Source of the DNA: Amphiscolops sp. MND2022
Lineage: Eukaryota
Direction of reading: 5' to 3'
NCBI GenBank assembly: GCA_964187785.1
Contig: OZ076409.1
Span: 65,164,001-65,228,000, forward strand
DNA: 64,000 bases
The position numbers and the translations under genes are program-made. How positions within the stretch are numbered: the stretch's first letter is position 1; every line of letters starts with the position of its first letter. The notes beneath the pieces were generated by a model that did not search any database, was not told the DNA's origin, and saw nothing but the letters and a program-made list of their open reading frames with translations. Shown here in pieces: positions 25,701 to 37,300 of this stretch.

Positions 25701-28124
25701 GTTGAACGCCAGGAGTTCCACTGATTTCTGGTCCGCCATTTGCAGGACATGGTAGGCTTGAGAACAGTCAAGCTTGCAAAACAGTTTCTTTCCGGCTAAA
25801 TGCTGAGCTGCATCCGAGAGGGTGCTCACAGGGTGATTATTGTTTATATAATCGTCGGAAATGAGGTTGTTGATCTTTCGTAAGTCAACTAGCAATCGTA
25901 GGCGTCCGTTTGGTTTTCTTTGGGCAAATATTGGGCTTGCGTACTTGCTGGAAGGGAGCGTGGTGATTATGCCGTAGTAGTGCATTAACGCCAATTCGAC
26001 TGTCAAGTCGTCTTTCAGGTTGACTGGGCAGGGTAGGCTTTGAGTGTACGCTGGCTGTTCGGATTTGGGGGTGAGCTTTATTTTGAATTCGTTGTTGATT
26101 CCGATATCAAGGCGGTGCCTTGCGAAGATATCGTTGTATTCTACAAGGATTGCTTCTATGTCCTTTTTGTCTTCATCACTGAGTTGTGAATCCGTCCACT
26201 TGAAATTGGATAGGAAAGTTGCTCTGTCCTCAGGGCTGTCATGAGGATTGAGTTTCTGGATGTTTTCCAGTTCTTCTATCTCTCTCAGTATCCTGCTCTG
26301 GATAGGTGTGTGTGTTGATGGGTCTCCTGGGTTTTCTGGTGTGGGGAACCAGAAATTTTGAACAGTCTGAGGCTTTTCAGACGATTTGAGGAGTTCGTTT
26401 ACGTATTCTAGCGCCTGTTCGGAATCGTCTTCTGCTAATACCTTTAGGGCTGCAGAGTTGAGTGGGTGGAGTTGCTTGGCTTCCTGGGGGGATAGAATGG
26501 TGAATTCTGCAAGATTTGTGTTCTTTTTGAGGGTGAATGGATTTGGAGATGTGTTGGTAACCCTGATTTCAATTTTGGAGTTTGTAACTGTTGATAGAGA
26601 GCTGGCTACTACCAGTTGGTGTTCTCCGGAGTATGGTTCAGTAGGGTTGATGATTCCTGTGGTGTTTGTCAGGGTACGTAGGTTGATGCCGGCTTCAATT
26701 GTTACACACTGGTCGGGCATGATGGTGAGTTGGGTTTTGGTAGTGACTTTGTGTTGTCTTGAGATTGTCTCGTTATCGTCTGCAGAAATTGCATAAGTCA
26801 GGTGAGGGAAATGTAAGAGGGCCTGACTGACGTCGAGGATTGCGCTATTGTTTTTAAGAAAGGTTAGTCCGAGGATGGGCCCTGTCATCTTTGTGGCTAC
26901 GATGAACGTCTCTTTGAACGTCCAGTCGCCTAGTTCAAATTGTAGTTGAACTGTTTTTGTGGGGGTTTCTATCTCGCCGTTTGCGACCTGCAATTTAAAT
27001 GTTGGTGGATCCATTTCCTTGAGGATGTTGTCTGGGCTTACTGTTTTGATTTTCTGGAACTCACTTTCTGGTAAGCAGTTGACGAGTGCTCCGGAGTCAA
27101 CAAGTGCGTCAACTGAAATGTTGTTGAAATCCATCGGGGCGAAGAGCATTTTCCTTTTCTTTTTCAGATTGATGGCCGAAAAAATTGGTATGCATTTTTC
27201 GCTTGTTTCTGGGTCCGTAATTGCAATTTCATGCAATTGTTTGTTGGTTTGAATCCATTCTTCATCTTGTTCTAGGTTGGTTGGCTCTTCTCTTGGGGTT
27301 TGGGTAGTGATGAGTGGGCTGTTTGTCGCTGTTTTATCTTCTGTTTGCTGGTTGAATTCGCAGGTCAGAGTTCGTTTGACGCGGCGAGTTCTCGGTTGTG
27401 TTGTGGGTGGACTTGCAATTGTTTGGTCCCCGGCTTTTGTGTCGTCAACCAGGGTTTTAGGGGTGGAGTATTTATGTTCAGGACTCTCTGGACTGGAGGG
27501 GGACGACGTCATAGCTGCCCGGATTTCATTGGGGGTGGCTGGGAGTTTCGTGGGTGACTGGAAGTCAACCTGTGGTGATTGATTGTTGTGTTTGAGGATT
27601 GACTTGAGGGAAGTCGTTGGAGGTGTTACGATCACAGTGATTTCTGTGTCGTATTCTTCTTCAGCCTGTGGTTCGGGAGTATGACTGAGGTCGTCTTTCC
27701 TTCTTGGAGTTGTCGAGATGTCCATGTTGGTTTTGGCTATGAATTCATGAAATGGTACGTTGATTGACTGTCTGAAGACAAGGTTTGTTGAGTCATATAG
27801 AGTGTCGTTGTAGTATGGGTCGCATTCGAAGTCGGGGTCGTAGATGTAAGTTTCAGGTGTGGAGCTGGGAAGTAATGGTCTGCGTGTTGTGTTGTATTGG
27901 GTGGGGTTTTGGGTGTACCAGTCTGGATAGGGGAGTTTGTCCAAGGTGTTTTTGTTGAATTTGATGATGCGTCTTATGAGCCATCGTCGCTGCCAGTCGA
28001 TCGATGGTTCACCTGAGCATTCCATAAATAATTCCTTGTCGAAGTCCTTCGGGGGTTCAGATATGGTGTAGTATCTGAAGTCGGTGTAGTCCCCGAAGCG
28101 AAGACGTGGCTTTAGTAGTTTTTT
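22749..28124 (-). CDS. pol: Element A Pol (protease, RT, RNase H, integrase) expressed by -1 frameshift
   Basis: LVDSGA protease, YVDD RT, TDANF/KEFLAI/TDNK/ADFLSR RNase H, HHCC + DDE integrase and WTGPF. The frame is open upstream of ATG 28025 to the AAAAAAC site (28124-28118). Confidence 0.95.
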   Translation of the reverse strand, partial: KKLLKPRLRFGDYTDFRYYTISEPPKDFDKELFMECSGEPSIDWQRRWLIRRIIKFNKNTLDKLPYPDWYTQNPTQYNTTRRPLLPSSTPETYIYDPDFECDPYYNDTLYDSTNLVFRQSINVPFHEFIAKTNMDISTTPRRKDDLSHTPEPQAEEEYDTEITVIVTPPTTSLKSILKHNNQSPQVDFQSPTKLPATPNEIRAAMTSSPSSPESPEHKYSTPKTLVDDTKAGDQTIASPPTTQPRTRRVKRTLTCEFNQQTEDKTATNSPLITTQTPREEPTNLEQDEEWIQTNKQLHEIAITDPETSEKCIPIFSAINLKKKRKMLFAPMDFNNISVDALVDSGALVNCLPESEFQKIKTVSPDNILKEMDPPTFKLQVANGEIETPTKTVQLQFELGDWTFKETFIVATKMTGPILGLTFLKNNSAILDVSQALLHFPHLTYAISADDNETISRQHKVTTKTQLTIMPDQCVTIEAGINLRTLTNTTGIINPTEPYSGEHQLVVASSLSTVTNSKIEIRVTNTSPNPFTLKKNTNLAEFTILSPQEAKQLHPLNSAALKVLAEDDSEQALEYVNELLKSSEKPQTVQNFWFPTPENPGDPSTHTPIQSRILREIEELENIQKLNPHDSPEDRATFLSNFKWTDSQLSDEDKKDIEAILVEYNDIFARHRLDIGINNEFKIKLTPKSEQPAYTQSLPCPVNLKDDLTVELALMHYYGIITTLPSSKYASPIFAQRKPNGRLRLLVDLRKINNLISDDYINNNHPVSTLSDAAQHLAGKKLFCKLDCSQAYHVLQMADQKSVELLAFNFASRTFAYLRLAQGLSRSLSSFSSFMREYLDRVIKADKCAQYVDDIGIATHTAEELKNNLREVFQCIREAGLRLTMAKCQFGAKEVEFLGRTVSPEGIAPQSHKIKNYLQKLSFPKTKKGLQRYIGFVNYYRNYIPRLSEKIAPFHELVKADKPIKITNEIIGTFDNINKALDNACGLWLKQPLPNKQYVLMTDANFKNAGYALMIEENADEKLTSVKKTYAPVAFGSKTFSPSQIKMSIYAKEFLAIYFAFMEYSHILWGSTKPVIVLTDNKSVTRFFQTKIIPPALWNACDFVLQFNFTIAHVPGRMNTAADFLSRLDLDPKEKVQLLIRDDIQTTPIEVHIQSSNVAEEEQFYFLPDDDIETEEQIWERKQRARKKILGNDTPPTPGEEANNETVQTEDTTVIFQTEITRHNKTTEDKENTLPTDMRHQQDQDSVLRNYKLRLLKEPYDEHLMATDHRALRYTAQESRIILKDGLLYRQYFGETGTVKHLQVLLPEQLVNSFIEAHHGMHNKHPGITKVIQQCREKYYYPSLAARIAKHINQCMKCMQTKRTDNRLLTPPMIDTSKLAMGPEDALQMDIVPFDEPSNGFTAIVTAMDVFSRYLFTYCVTKIDARSIARVLVDIMTRHAYLPTTIITDKGTQFMSAVMADTTRVLGIQLRHATTKHAQTIGILERCHASLKEALKISTGERRTMWHQFVPTATLNYNTTYHSALGCEPSRVFHGRIPYNVLDLKFGLKQNQTQNPKTDIGEEVVQKTRMIHQSVTKHLLHSYIRYKQYYDKKASAHPLAANDYCYALHPQANNQGSKLPFREYLWTGPFVVVKTLPNNNYLVRKLQTNKTQILHRIRLKPCPTKNRLPDIQVQTKDFQPDDEVETLHDDLYALAWQSGFEHFVMTHNHDSNNESAINPTDSHDVLENIAQDDTHDILTEPQPEQQESQPEPNPNPEPSSPRKGKYNLRSNPPSNWKRDYAYYNPMVVSSNE

Positions 28125-29527
28125 GGCTGGTATTGTGGTTGTGCCACGGTTTGTGGCTGCTGATTTGCTGAAGGTTGTTGGATAGTTTCGGGTGCAGAGT
28201 GTTGTGGTAGGGGTATACTGTTGGCGCCTGTTGATTTAGGCATTTTCCACCATGTAGGGCGGTTTGCCCAGTTCGCCCCAGAATAGCAGTCTTTAGTCTC
28301 GTGGCTTAATTTGCCACATGTTTCGCAGGGATCGGTGATGTTATTGCTGGGGGGTTTTTGGTTCCGTTTGTCTCGGTTTGTCTTCCTGCAGTTGCGGAGG
28401 AGGTGGCCCTGGTGTCCGCAGCCAAAGCACGTGCTTGCAGTTTTCGGGTGTCTCCCCTGATTGGATGTGTTGGCGGGTTCGACATTGTGTATGCCGGTAA
28501 ATGTAGTGGATTCTGGATTTGCCAATCCGTTGAGTTCCATCTCCCGCTCTAGGTGCTGGACCATCGTTTCATATGATGCTGTTTCGAGGCGTGCCTGATT
28601 TAACACTCTTTTGAGATGTATCGGCATTTTTGCGTAGAAGGAGGTTTCTATAAAGCGGGGTGCATCGTCGGCGTATGCCTCTTGGGCAAGTTTCTGGTAG
28701 TTCTCCAAGAAATCTTGGAATGTTTGGTTCGCCGGGTCGAATGTGAGGTTTTCCCACTTACACCTAGCAGTGGCTATTGACTGGGTTTTTACATATCGTC
28801 GTCTGAATCCGGCGATGATGTCGTTCAGGTTGGTTTTGGTTGTTTCGGTCATGTTCCGAAAGGTTTGCAAGGCGTCTCCTCGCAGTAGGGAGTGGAAATA
28901 ATGTATTTTCTCTTGCTCCGTTATTTGGGGATGGACCTTCAAGCTTGTTTGAAACAAATCCTCGAAGAGTTCAAACTTTTCGTTTTTGCCGTCGAATGTT
29001 GGCATTGTCGTGGCAAGCGTTTTTGGTAGACGGGGTAATTGTGCTGTCTGTTGTTGTGTTGCATACAGGGATTCTAACAGCTTGTCAATGATTTCGTCGG
29101 AGTGCCTCTGGTTTGGAGGCGGCAGGCTCGAAGACCGGGGGTGGGTGTTGCTGGAGGTCGGTTCGCTAATTACTCCTGTCACCATGTTGGAACTCTCGTT
29201 CCTAGACAAACTAGCTTCTTCTAGCTCTACAGTAGGATTTCCGCTATTTTCAGTCCTGGTCGTCGAGTAACCTTGTTCTGAATTAACGCTCGATAAACTG
29301 TCAACTTTGGACGACAGGTTCTCAATCAATTTTAATATCTCACGTTGATTGAGTTCAGTGTCTTTGAGACGTTTGGAAATTCTATTCTCAATTTTATTGG
29401 ATATGTCTTCAAAATCCCTTTCCGAAAGTGTGGTGTTTTCGTCGTTAACAGAGCTTGCGGTTTCTACGTCAAACTGGCTAGTCGACTGATCACTCCTCAA
29501 CTTCCGTTTTTGAGATTTCTCAGGCAT
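28112..29527 (-). CDS. gag: Element A Gag, starting inside the 5' LTR
   Basis: FDGKNEKFELFEDLF capsid-like region and two CCHC knuckles (CFGCGHQGHLLRNC, CETCGKLSHETKDC). ATG at 29527 lies within the LTR (29185-31347). Confidence 0.92.
   Translation of the reverse strand: MPEKSQKRKLRSDQSTSQFDVETASSVNDENTTLSERDFEDISNKIENRISKRLKDTELNQREILKLIENLSSKVDSLSSVNSEQGYSTTRTENSGNPTVELEEASLSRNESSNMVTGVISEPTSSNTHPRSSSLPPPNQRHSDEIIDKLLESLYATQQQTAQLPRLPKTLATTMPTFDGKNEKFELFEDLFQTSLKVHPQITEQEKIHYFHSLLRGDALQTFRNMTETTKTNLNDIIAGFRRRYVKTQSIATARCKWENLTFDPANQTFQDFLENYQKLAQEAYADDAPRFIETSFYAKMPIHLKRVLNQARLETASYETMVQHLEREMELNGLANPESTTFTGIHNVEPANTSNQGRHPKTASTCFGCGHQGHLLRNCRKTNRDKRNQKPPSNNITDPCETCGKLSHETKDCYSGANWANRPTWWKMPKSTGANSIPLPQHSAPETIQQPSANQQPQTVAQPQYQPKNY
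29173..29184 (-). promoter_or_regulatory. Primer-binding site TGGTGACAGGAG (element A)
   Basis: Immediately follows the 5' LTR end (...CCAACA) and is identical over 12 nt to the element B PBS. Confidence 0.85.
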
Positions 29528-31347
29528 CTTGTAAAAATAGTGGAGGAACAATATTCCAATTAAACTTGAATCGTTACAAACGTAATGGAGGCTTCAGTTC
29601 AATGATTTTCCAAAGTTTTCCGAAACAAAAGTAATTATATTAAGCAAAGGCAATTAACTCGATTATTACAAAAGTAAAATTTTCAGGGAATGATTAATCA
29701 AACGCACTTGAAAAATAAAATTGTCTTCTCTCTTTTCCTAATCCCGCTTCAGGTATTTATACTTTACGCTAGACACGCGGAGAAAAACCCCGCGCGTGAA
29801 TTCACACCTTGTTCACCTCGGCGTCCTTTCTGAAGCGGGGAAATCCAAATAAGGTATTCTTCCTCGGGACTCGGCATTCGGTTTCAACCCACTTTAAAGA
29901 AAAGTGGGAATTCACTTCCTGCCGCTTCCCAATTCCGCGTCCCTTTCTTCTTCATTCCCCGCCTTTTCAAGACGCCGAAGGTGAAGTTGGCACTGAAATT
30001 CATGAACCTAGCTACTGAAGCGGGAAAAGGAAATGAAATTATCACCGAACAATCCCAAATTTTACTACTAGTAATTTAAGGGAAACATTAAAGAAATAAA
30101 CTAACAGCACTGATTTCTTCTAAATCAGATGATTATGGCCGTTAATTAGCACTTTAAATTGAAGCTAACGAAAAAGTCCTGGGTGAACGCCAGGTAACGA
30201 ATTTCATTTAGAGTGACCTGGCCGTTTGACCGGGCTATTGACTCAACTATGTATTAACAAAACATTGCATGTGAGGACTGGAAAAGGCAGCACTGGGGGT
30301 TGTTTTACTATATTATCGTCAAATATCGCATTTAGCAGGGGCAACATTGTTATTAGGTTAACTATAGGGCATGTATTAATTGAATACGTTCGGTCAGCTG
30401 TCCAGGCTCTTGTAATATTAAAGAAATTTAGCGCTCCGCCTGGGAAGTTGACTCAACTACAAGGTGGACCGAACGCGTTAAAAATACTACAAGCATCATC
30501 GATTATTACTCATTGGAAATACTTTTGGTATTTAGCTTCTTTTAAGCCACAAAACATTTATCTAGAGTTAGCATCGATTATTTGTACTTGATTGATCAGT
30601 TAGAGTGACTGAACGAGCGTCCCGGCGGTCGTCCCAGATTATAAATTTAGAACGGTCGTCCCGGTGGTCGTCCCAGATTATAAATTTAGAACGGTCGTCC
30701 CGGCGGTCGTCCCAATTATCGGGATCGACAAATCTTCAATCACACCTTTTCATGCTATAAATATCACGTTTTCGATCTTCACTATTGAATACTGCACAAT
30801 TTAAGCTTCTTCTAAGCTTTGGATTTGTATTCACTTCACACGTGACGTCACTTAATATATTAGCACTTTGATTAATTCGATCGAGCTCCCAGGCGTGCGT
30901 CCCAGTCTTTGCTGACCGGTGGCTTGACGAGTATAGTAGCTGAGTTAATACTGCACATTCGCGCTTGGCGCTGATTGGTTAATTAAAAGGACAGTGAGAA
31001 TTAGTGTGTTTTGCTACGCAGATATTGGGACGGTAGGCTGGTCAGTGCGCTGGTTGGAATAACTTCAATCAGCGTATTGGTCAAGCTACTGCAAACAAAT
31101 CACATTTACAACAAGTTATTATTATTTAATTATTTACATATTTATGTATTTCAGGTACTGCAGAGGATTGATGATATTAATATTATGCACTTACAGGGTT
31201 GTTCAATATCAATGAGTGTTTGTTTGTTGATTGTTTCCTTTCAGGTTTGTGATGGTTTATTAGCTTCTTCTTGGTTAATTTCTCCATTTCTTTCCTCTGG
31301 CGTTCTCTCTGTTCTTATTATTTCACGGCCCTGTGGCGGCTGTGACA
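29185..31347 (-). repeat. 5' LTR of element A
   Basis: Direct repeat of 15510-17672. Candidate TATAAATA on the minus strand at 29761-29754, ~230 nt upstream of the gag ATG. Confidence 0.96.
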
Positions 31348-32239
31348 CCTTTATGTTGAGTTTGTTTTCTTTAAAAAGTGTGGGGGGAGGGGGGGGGAAG
31401 GAAAAAGCCGATTTCTCTTCTAATCAGGCCAGTTCGAAACAATTTTTGAAATTTTCCATTGAAAAAAAATGATGGTGGGGGCGGGGACAGAAGCCCAAAT
31501 TGGTAACGACTTAGGAAAGACGTTCAACAAATATTATATTCTCTCAATTATCAAACAATTACATTGATGATACAAAAACATGACATATCACTTTCGAAAT
31601 CTGGTAAATTTTGGCGTTTTTGAGCTTCGTGAAATTTTCCCAAGTTTTCCTGTTAATCCCTGCTGAAATATAGTGACATAGAATTCAAGTCGTACCATCA
31701 AAGTTCACTACTTTTTTCAACTCTCATCCCCTGACTCTAAAGACCTTTCAGATCGGAATTCGCTATATTTTTTTCATTTCTCATTTAAAGGAAGTCAACA
31801 GCTGGAGTTGACTTTTGAGTCATAAAAATACATGGATCAAAATCACGGTCTAAAAGAATATTTTTTGTTCAATAGTAAATTTTACCTCAGTGAAGTTAAC
31901 GCCCGGTACCTGGAAAAGCTTTCACTCAAAATAATAATAGTTTCAAAACATTTGAGAGATGTGCATCAGTTTTCGAAGGTGGGGAGAAACAGAAAAAAGC
32001 AGTTTTTTTTATGATTAAAGTGTTGACCTTATTCGATCTTGAATTGTTAATAACTTGAACTGAATAGTAACCGTTTTGATTGACACGAGACATCCCAAAC
32101 TCTTTTCTATTTTATTTGATTCAACATCAGTGAATGTGAAGTTTTACAATTTTTAACGATTACATTATAATTACAATTTTATATATACTTCAACGATATC
32201 AAATGAAGAGTGGAGTTTGATCATGCTTTTTGGTTTTAG

Positions 32240-32540
32240 GTCAACCTCGTCAGTGACGAAACGACGCAAATCGGTCAAGTTCAAACTAGAACCAGATGTG
32301 GTCGTGTTCAAAAAAGATTCAAACACGGAGTTGTCGCACCTCAAGACAGTCTCATTCCCTTCCTTATTTGGCAGTCCCAAAATCAAGCTGCTTATACACA
32401 CAAAAGTACCCTCTAGGAGCTTGGAAGACATCCACGTCGGCACTTCAGGTGACAGAAAAAGGACTCAAATCAGTAGAACTGTGACGTCAGTCAATTTCGC
32501 CAGCAACAGCAGTAATAGTAGTAGTAGTAGACATGATTGA
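32240..32540 (+). CDS. Possible terminal exon of a host gene
   Basis: Pyrimidine-rich acceptor TTTTTGGTTTTAG at 32227-32239, then an open frame to TGA containing RRKSVKF. No homology evidence. Confidence 0.25.
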
Positions 32541-34361
32541 TATGCAGTGAATATATTTACCTTTTTGGAAATTTGCTTATTACATTGCATTCAAAATGTT
32601 TCACAAGTGGGCGGCTGTACAAAAGCGCGAAAAAACTCATCCCGTTTGGACACTTTTGCGGTTTTTTACTTAAAGCCCCTGAAAACTTTTCTCATCTGGT
32701 TATTAAAATTACAATTCTCAAGCAAACGTAGATTCAAAAATATTTATCATTATGATGATTTTTGGAAAAAATCCTCCCAATTTGAAAAGTTTACCGCCCA
32801 ATTGAGAGTTCTCTTAACCGGGAAAACCCTTTGCCTGTCGAAGGTGCTATATTGCTCCTTTCTTTCCAAAAAAGTGCAAAACTAAAAAAACATTAGCGTA
32901 CTTCAATATAAAATTTATAAAACTTGTTTGACGTTTTTATTTTTGCTGATCCGTTTACGTAATTAGTATAATAAAATTTTCCCACCAAATCCTCTTTTAA
33001 TAACTTTATAGAAAAGATGTTGTACATGTATTTGTGATCACTATACAATATTTATTTTAGCATCATTTTAGCATCCAATTTAGCCTCCATTTTAGAAGGA
33101 GAAATTTTCTGACAAAACGAAAATTGACCACTGATCAATTTAAACGTAAATATCAATCGAAGATAATTTTAGAAATTCGAACATGAAGAAAAATTGAAAC
33201 CTCAAGTGGTGAATTTTGAGCACTCAGCATAATTAGATGCGGTTTTCCAAATGACTAATTGTTAAAAAGACTTTTGATGTCAGTCACATGCTAGTCGATT
33301 AATCATATTATGACAAGATACGTTTTAGAGGGCTTTGTCCTCTCATTCCAACCATACCAAATATGGGCGTGCGCTTGCTTTTAATATGCTCTCGTCTTCG
33401 GCCGAAAAACCAATCGTGTGTGAAATATTGTTTGAGGTGATCACTTCTGTTTTTGATCACGTTGGTTTTTTGCTGTGATGTCACAGGTTAAATTAGATTT
33501 AAATGACTCAGTTTTAAAGTTACTGAAGATCACAATGTTCCTGAAGTAGAAGGGCCGCAATTGAGTTCCGACAGAATCCTTCACAGCAATACTTCCAAAT
33601 TGTTAATAGCTCAATTTTCAGTTATATTGACATTGATACATGTTTGTTTGACGTTTGATGTCAACGTTTGTTTGACAGTTTATTGACCAAAAAAATAGAT
33701 TTAAAACAACTTTGTATGGACTAAAGCAAGAAATTTAAAGTAATTGAAAAAGCCGCATTTCTGCTGAAAATAAGGCAAACGTTCTACCACATTTTCAGCT
33801 ACTGTGATAAACTAAAGGTGAACTTGAGAAATTTATTACATATCTGTGAGTGCAGATCACAGGGAATTGAAACAAAACTCAGGAAAAAACATGTAACGGC
33901 ATCCTCTGGTACAGCAAAATCAGCCTTTTTGAAACCTCGACATGTTCAGAAATTCGGTCAAAAATTCCAATTTGATGTGTGCCGTGGCACTGAGCATGTG
34001 ATTGCTCTTTTTGTTGTTTTCGCCATTTTCAATGCAAAACGAAGACGAGAGCAAACCGAGCGAGAGCACAGAGAACGAGATGGCTTGAGAGTCCACATAG
34101 ACTGTAAAAACCTTGAGACTCTTTTTTTTTGGTGCTAACACCCGGTTTTCATCGATTTTCAGCATTAAGCTGCCCTATGTAGCGGAAACCGTTAAAATGA
34201 GTCTTTTCGCTTAAAGATCCTTGTTTGGTACGTGGAGCCTCTGCGCCCCAGCTTTTAGCTGGGTGGTCTCCCAGATTGATGCGTGCTTTGATGTATTTTA
34301 ACTGTTTTTAGCTGTATTTGCTAGTCCGAGAGCTCATTTTGGCAATTTTAGATATTATTCC

Positions 34362-37300
34362 TGTGACATGAATACAGTTGAAGGTCAATAGTAACGCAAT
34401 GTTACATAATTCTTACTTACTCTATTACCTTTTATGTTAATTACATAACATACCTGCTAGTAACTTTAATGTCATCTGTAGTACGATATAGTGGACACTA
34501 TAACTTAATCTTACGTACAATACAGTATTACATTCCCAAACTTCTTTATTCCATTGGTATACAACATGGCGCAGTCAGAATGAGTCAAAAGAACGAAAAC
34601 AACTCCGCGGAATCCAATAGCAGAAACTCTTCAAGTGAAGAATCTGGAGACAAAAAAGGACGGACAACAACACACCAAAAAATAACACTACCAATATTCG
34701 AGAAGAAAACCATACAAGAAGCGAAGCTATGGTGGCGACGATTTACTCAGTATGTCAAAATGACCCAGAAAATAGACTTGAATACAATGACAACAGACAA
34801 AGAGATATTGGAAGAATATCGAGAAGAATTGGAGATAAAAATAAAAGACATTTTTATCTGGGCATTGGGAGAAGAAGCCGTTACAGAAATGACAAAAACG
34901 GTGAGAGACAACGACCCAAACAAAATGAACATCAACCAACTCTACATATTATTCCGCCTCCACTTTATACCAGAAAGAAACAAATTCCACAGCCGGGCAG
35001 ATTTCTTCGGAATAACGAGAGAACCGAACGAAACGGCTGAAGACGTTTGGACACGAATATTGCAGACCGAGAAAAACTGCGAATTTGACAACGTTACCCC
35101 AGCCGAACTTATTGCATCGAAATTCCTATCCCTAATCGGGAGATCAACGGGAGACTACGAACTCAAAAAGAAAATCCGGAAAAGCAACATGACCATTGAA
35201 ACGATAACCGATCTAATACATGAATATATGTATGACCGGTTAAACGACTCAAACAATTCCAATGACGGAAGGAACATAAAACATGTACAAGAAATGTCGA
35301 AAAAAAGAAAATGGTCAGAGAGGACCAGTTACGACAAAAACAAAAAACGACCGGAGTACCAAAAACCAAGATACAAAGATAACCGGTGCGGACAATGCGG
35401 AGCACCTAACTGGTCCAGACAACACATATGCCCAGCCAAATCGGTAGATTGCAGAAATTGAAAAAAGAGGGGGCATTACGAAAAAATGTGTAGACTTCCG
35501 AAAATAATACAACATGTGGACAAAGTATCATCATCAGCAGAAGAAGACAACTGGGACTACAATAAAATACAAAGAATAAATAACAACAAAAAGAACGGAG
35601 AGTATCTACACGCAACACTATTGGTTAACAACGCACCAATAAAATTTATAATAGACAGCGGGTCCCCAGTAACTTTGATACCACAACGCTTATTTAACAA
35701 AATTACCGAAGTGGAAGAACTCAAAACCAATTACAAAGACGTAAACGACGACAAAATCGATTTCCTGGGACAAACAAAAGCACTGGTGAAAACCAACAGT
35801 ACAACACTCCAACTGCCACTATTAATTACCAAAACAAACATTACACCGTTAATGGGACTAGACTGGATGAAACGGCTTGGAATAACAGTAAACACAACAA
35901 CTGACGATATCAAAATACACAACATCAAAATGGACGAAACTGAAAAGAAGATCCTCAAACTGAAGAACGAATTTAAAGATCTATTTTACAACAACACGGA
36001 AATAAAAGATTTGGAAGTAAAAATCGACCTGAAAGAAGACGCAAAAATAATACAACAAAAGGGAAGACCAGTACCAATTCACCTTCAAAATCAAGTAGCG
36101 GAAGAAATAAAAAGACTAATCAAGAACGGATACTTGGAAAGGGCCACAGAAATAACCGAAGATTGTTTCGTGAGCCCGGCAGTCATCACGGTGAAGAAAG
36201 ACAAATCAATAAAAATTGCACTGGATTCAAGGAAATTAAACGAAGCAACAATTAAAAAGAAATCACAAATGCCGAACATGGAAGAGCTAATATCCAGAAT
36301 ATCACGGAAGATATCGAAAGAACAAGAAGGAGAAATATGGATAACAAAACTAGATTTCGATTATGCTTACAGTCAAATCAAATTGAACGAAAATACAAGA
36401 AATCTATGTATTTTCACAGTTACAGGCGGAGAATTTACGGGATACTACCGTTTCTTGAAAGGCTTTTACGGACTGGCGGACATACCAACAATTTTCCAGG
36501 AACGGATAGACAGAACACTGGAATTCAAACACCCCGCTTGGCTAGATGACATCATAATCGTAACCAAAGGAACAATAGAGAAACACGAGTCGGAAGTAAA
36601 AGAAACAATGAAAAAATTAGACGAAGCAGGATATAGACTACACCCGAAAAAATGCGAATTTTTCAAGAAAGAGGCTGAATGGGTGGGACACCAAATAAAC
36701 CAAGACGGCATCAGACCACTACAAGACAAATTGGAAGCAATAACAAAAACAAACATACCAAAAAACGAAAAAGAACTAAAATCCTTCCTGGGAGCAATAC
36801 AATATCTGTCAAAATACATCAAAAATCTATCAGCACAGACAGATATACTCAGAAAACTACTGAAAAAACAAAACGAATGGATCTGGACAGAAGAACACAC
36901 AGAAGCGTTCAACAACTTAAAGAAATTAATCACCCAATTGCCATGTCTAGCGCACTACAACTCGAATAAAGAAAATATCCTAACAACCGACGCAAGTACA
37001 AAGGGACTAGGCGCTACACTGTGGCAAAAACAAAAAGACGGAAATCTGAAGCCGGTTGGCTTTGCAAGCAGATTTTTATCGGACACCGAAAAAAAATATG
37101 CGATAAACGAGCTAGAGCTACTAGCAGTAGTGTGGGGACTGGAACATTTTCGCTTATATGTTTATGGAAAACCAATTGAGCTACTAACCGATCACCAAGC
37201 GCTGGAACCACTAATTAAACGAAACAGATCAAATAAAACTTATAGCGCAAGATTAACAAGATGGTTGGATCGATTAGCACACTTTGATATAAACATAAAG

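Larger units (their letters stand above)
15510..31347 (-). mobile_element. Ty3/Gypsy LTR retrotransposon A (15.8 kb) with extra ORFs
   Basis: TGT...ACA ends, two 2163-bp LTRs (one mismatch noticed, 16012 vs 29687), 5-bp TSD CCTTT (15505-15509, 31348-31352), PBS, gag, and PR-RT-RH-IN order. Confidence 0.97.

Noticed and set aside
22979..27582. Many short plus-strand ORFs opposite pol A (likewise opposite pol B and pol C)
   Set aside because: They are shadow frames from strand-biased codon usage, and no conservation between elements was seen.
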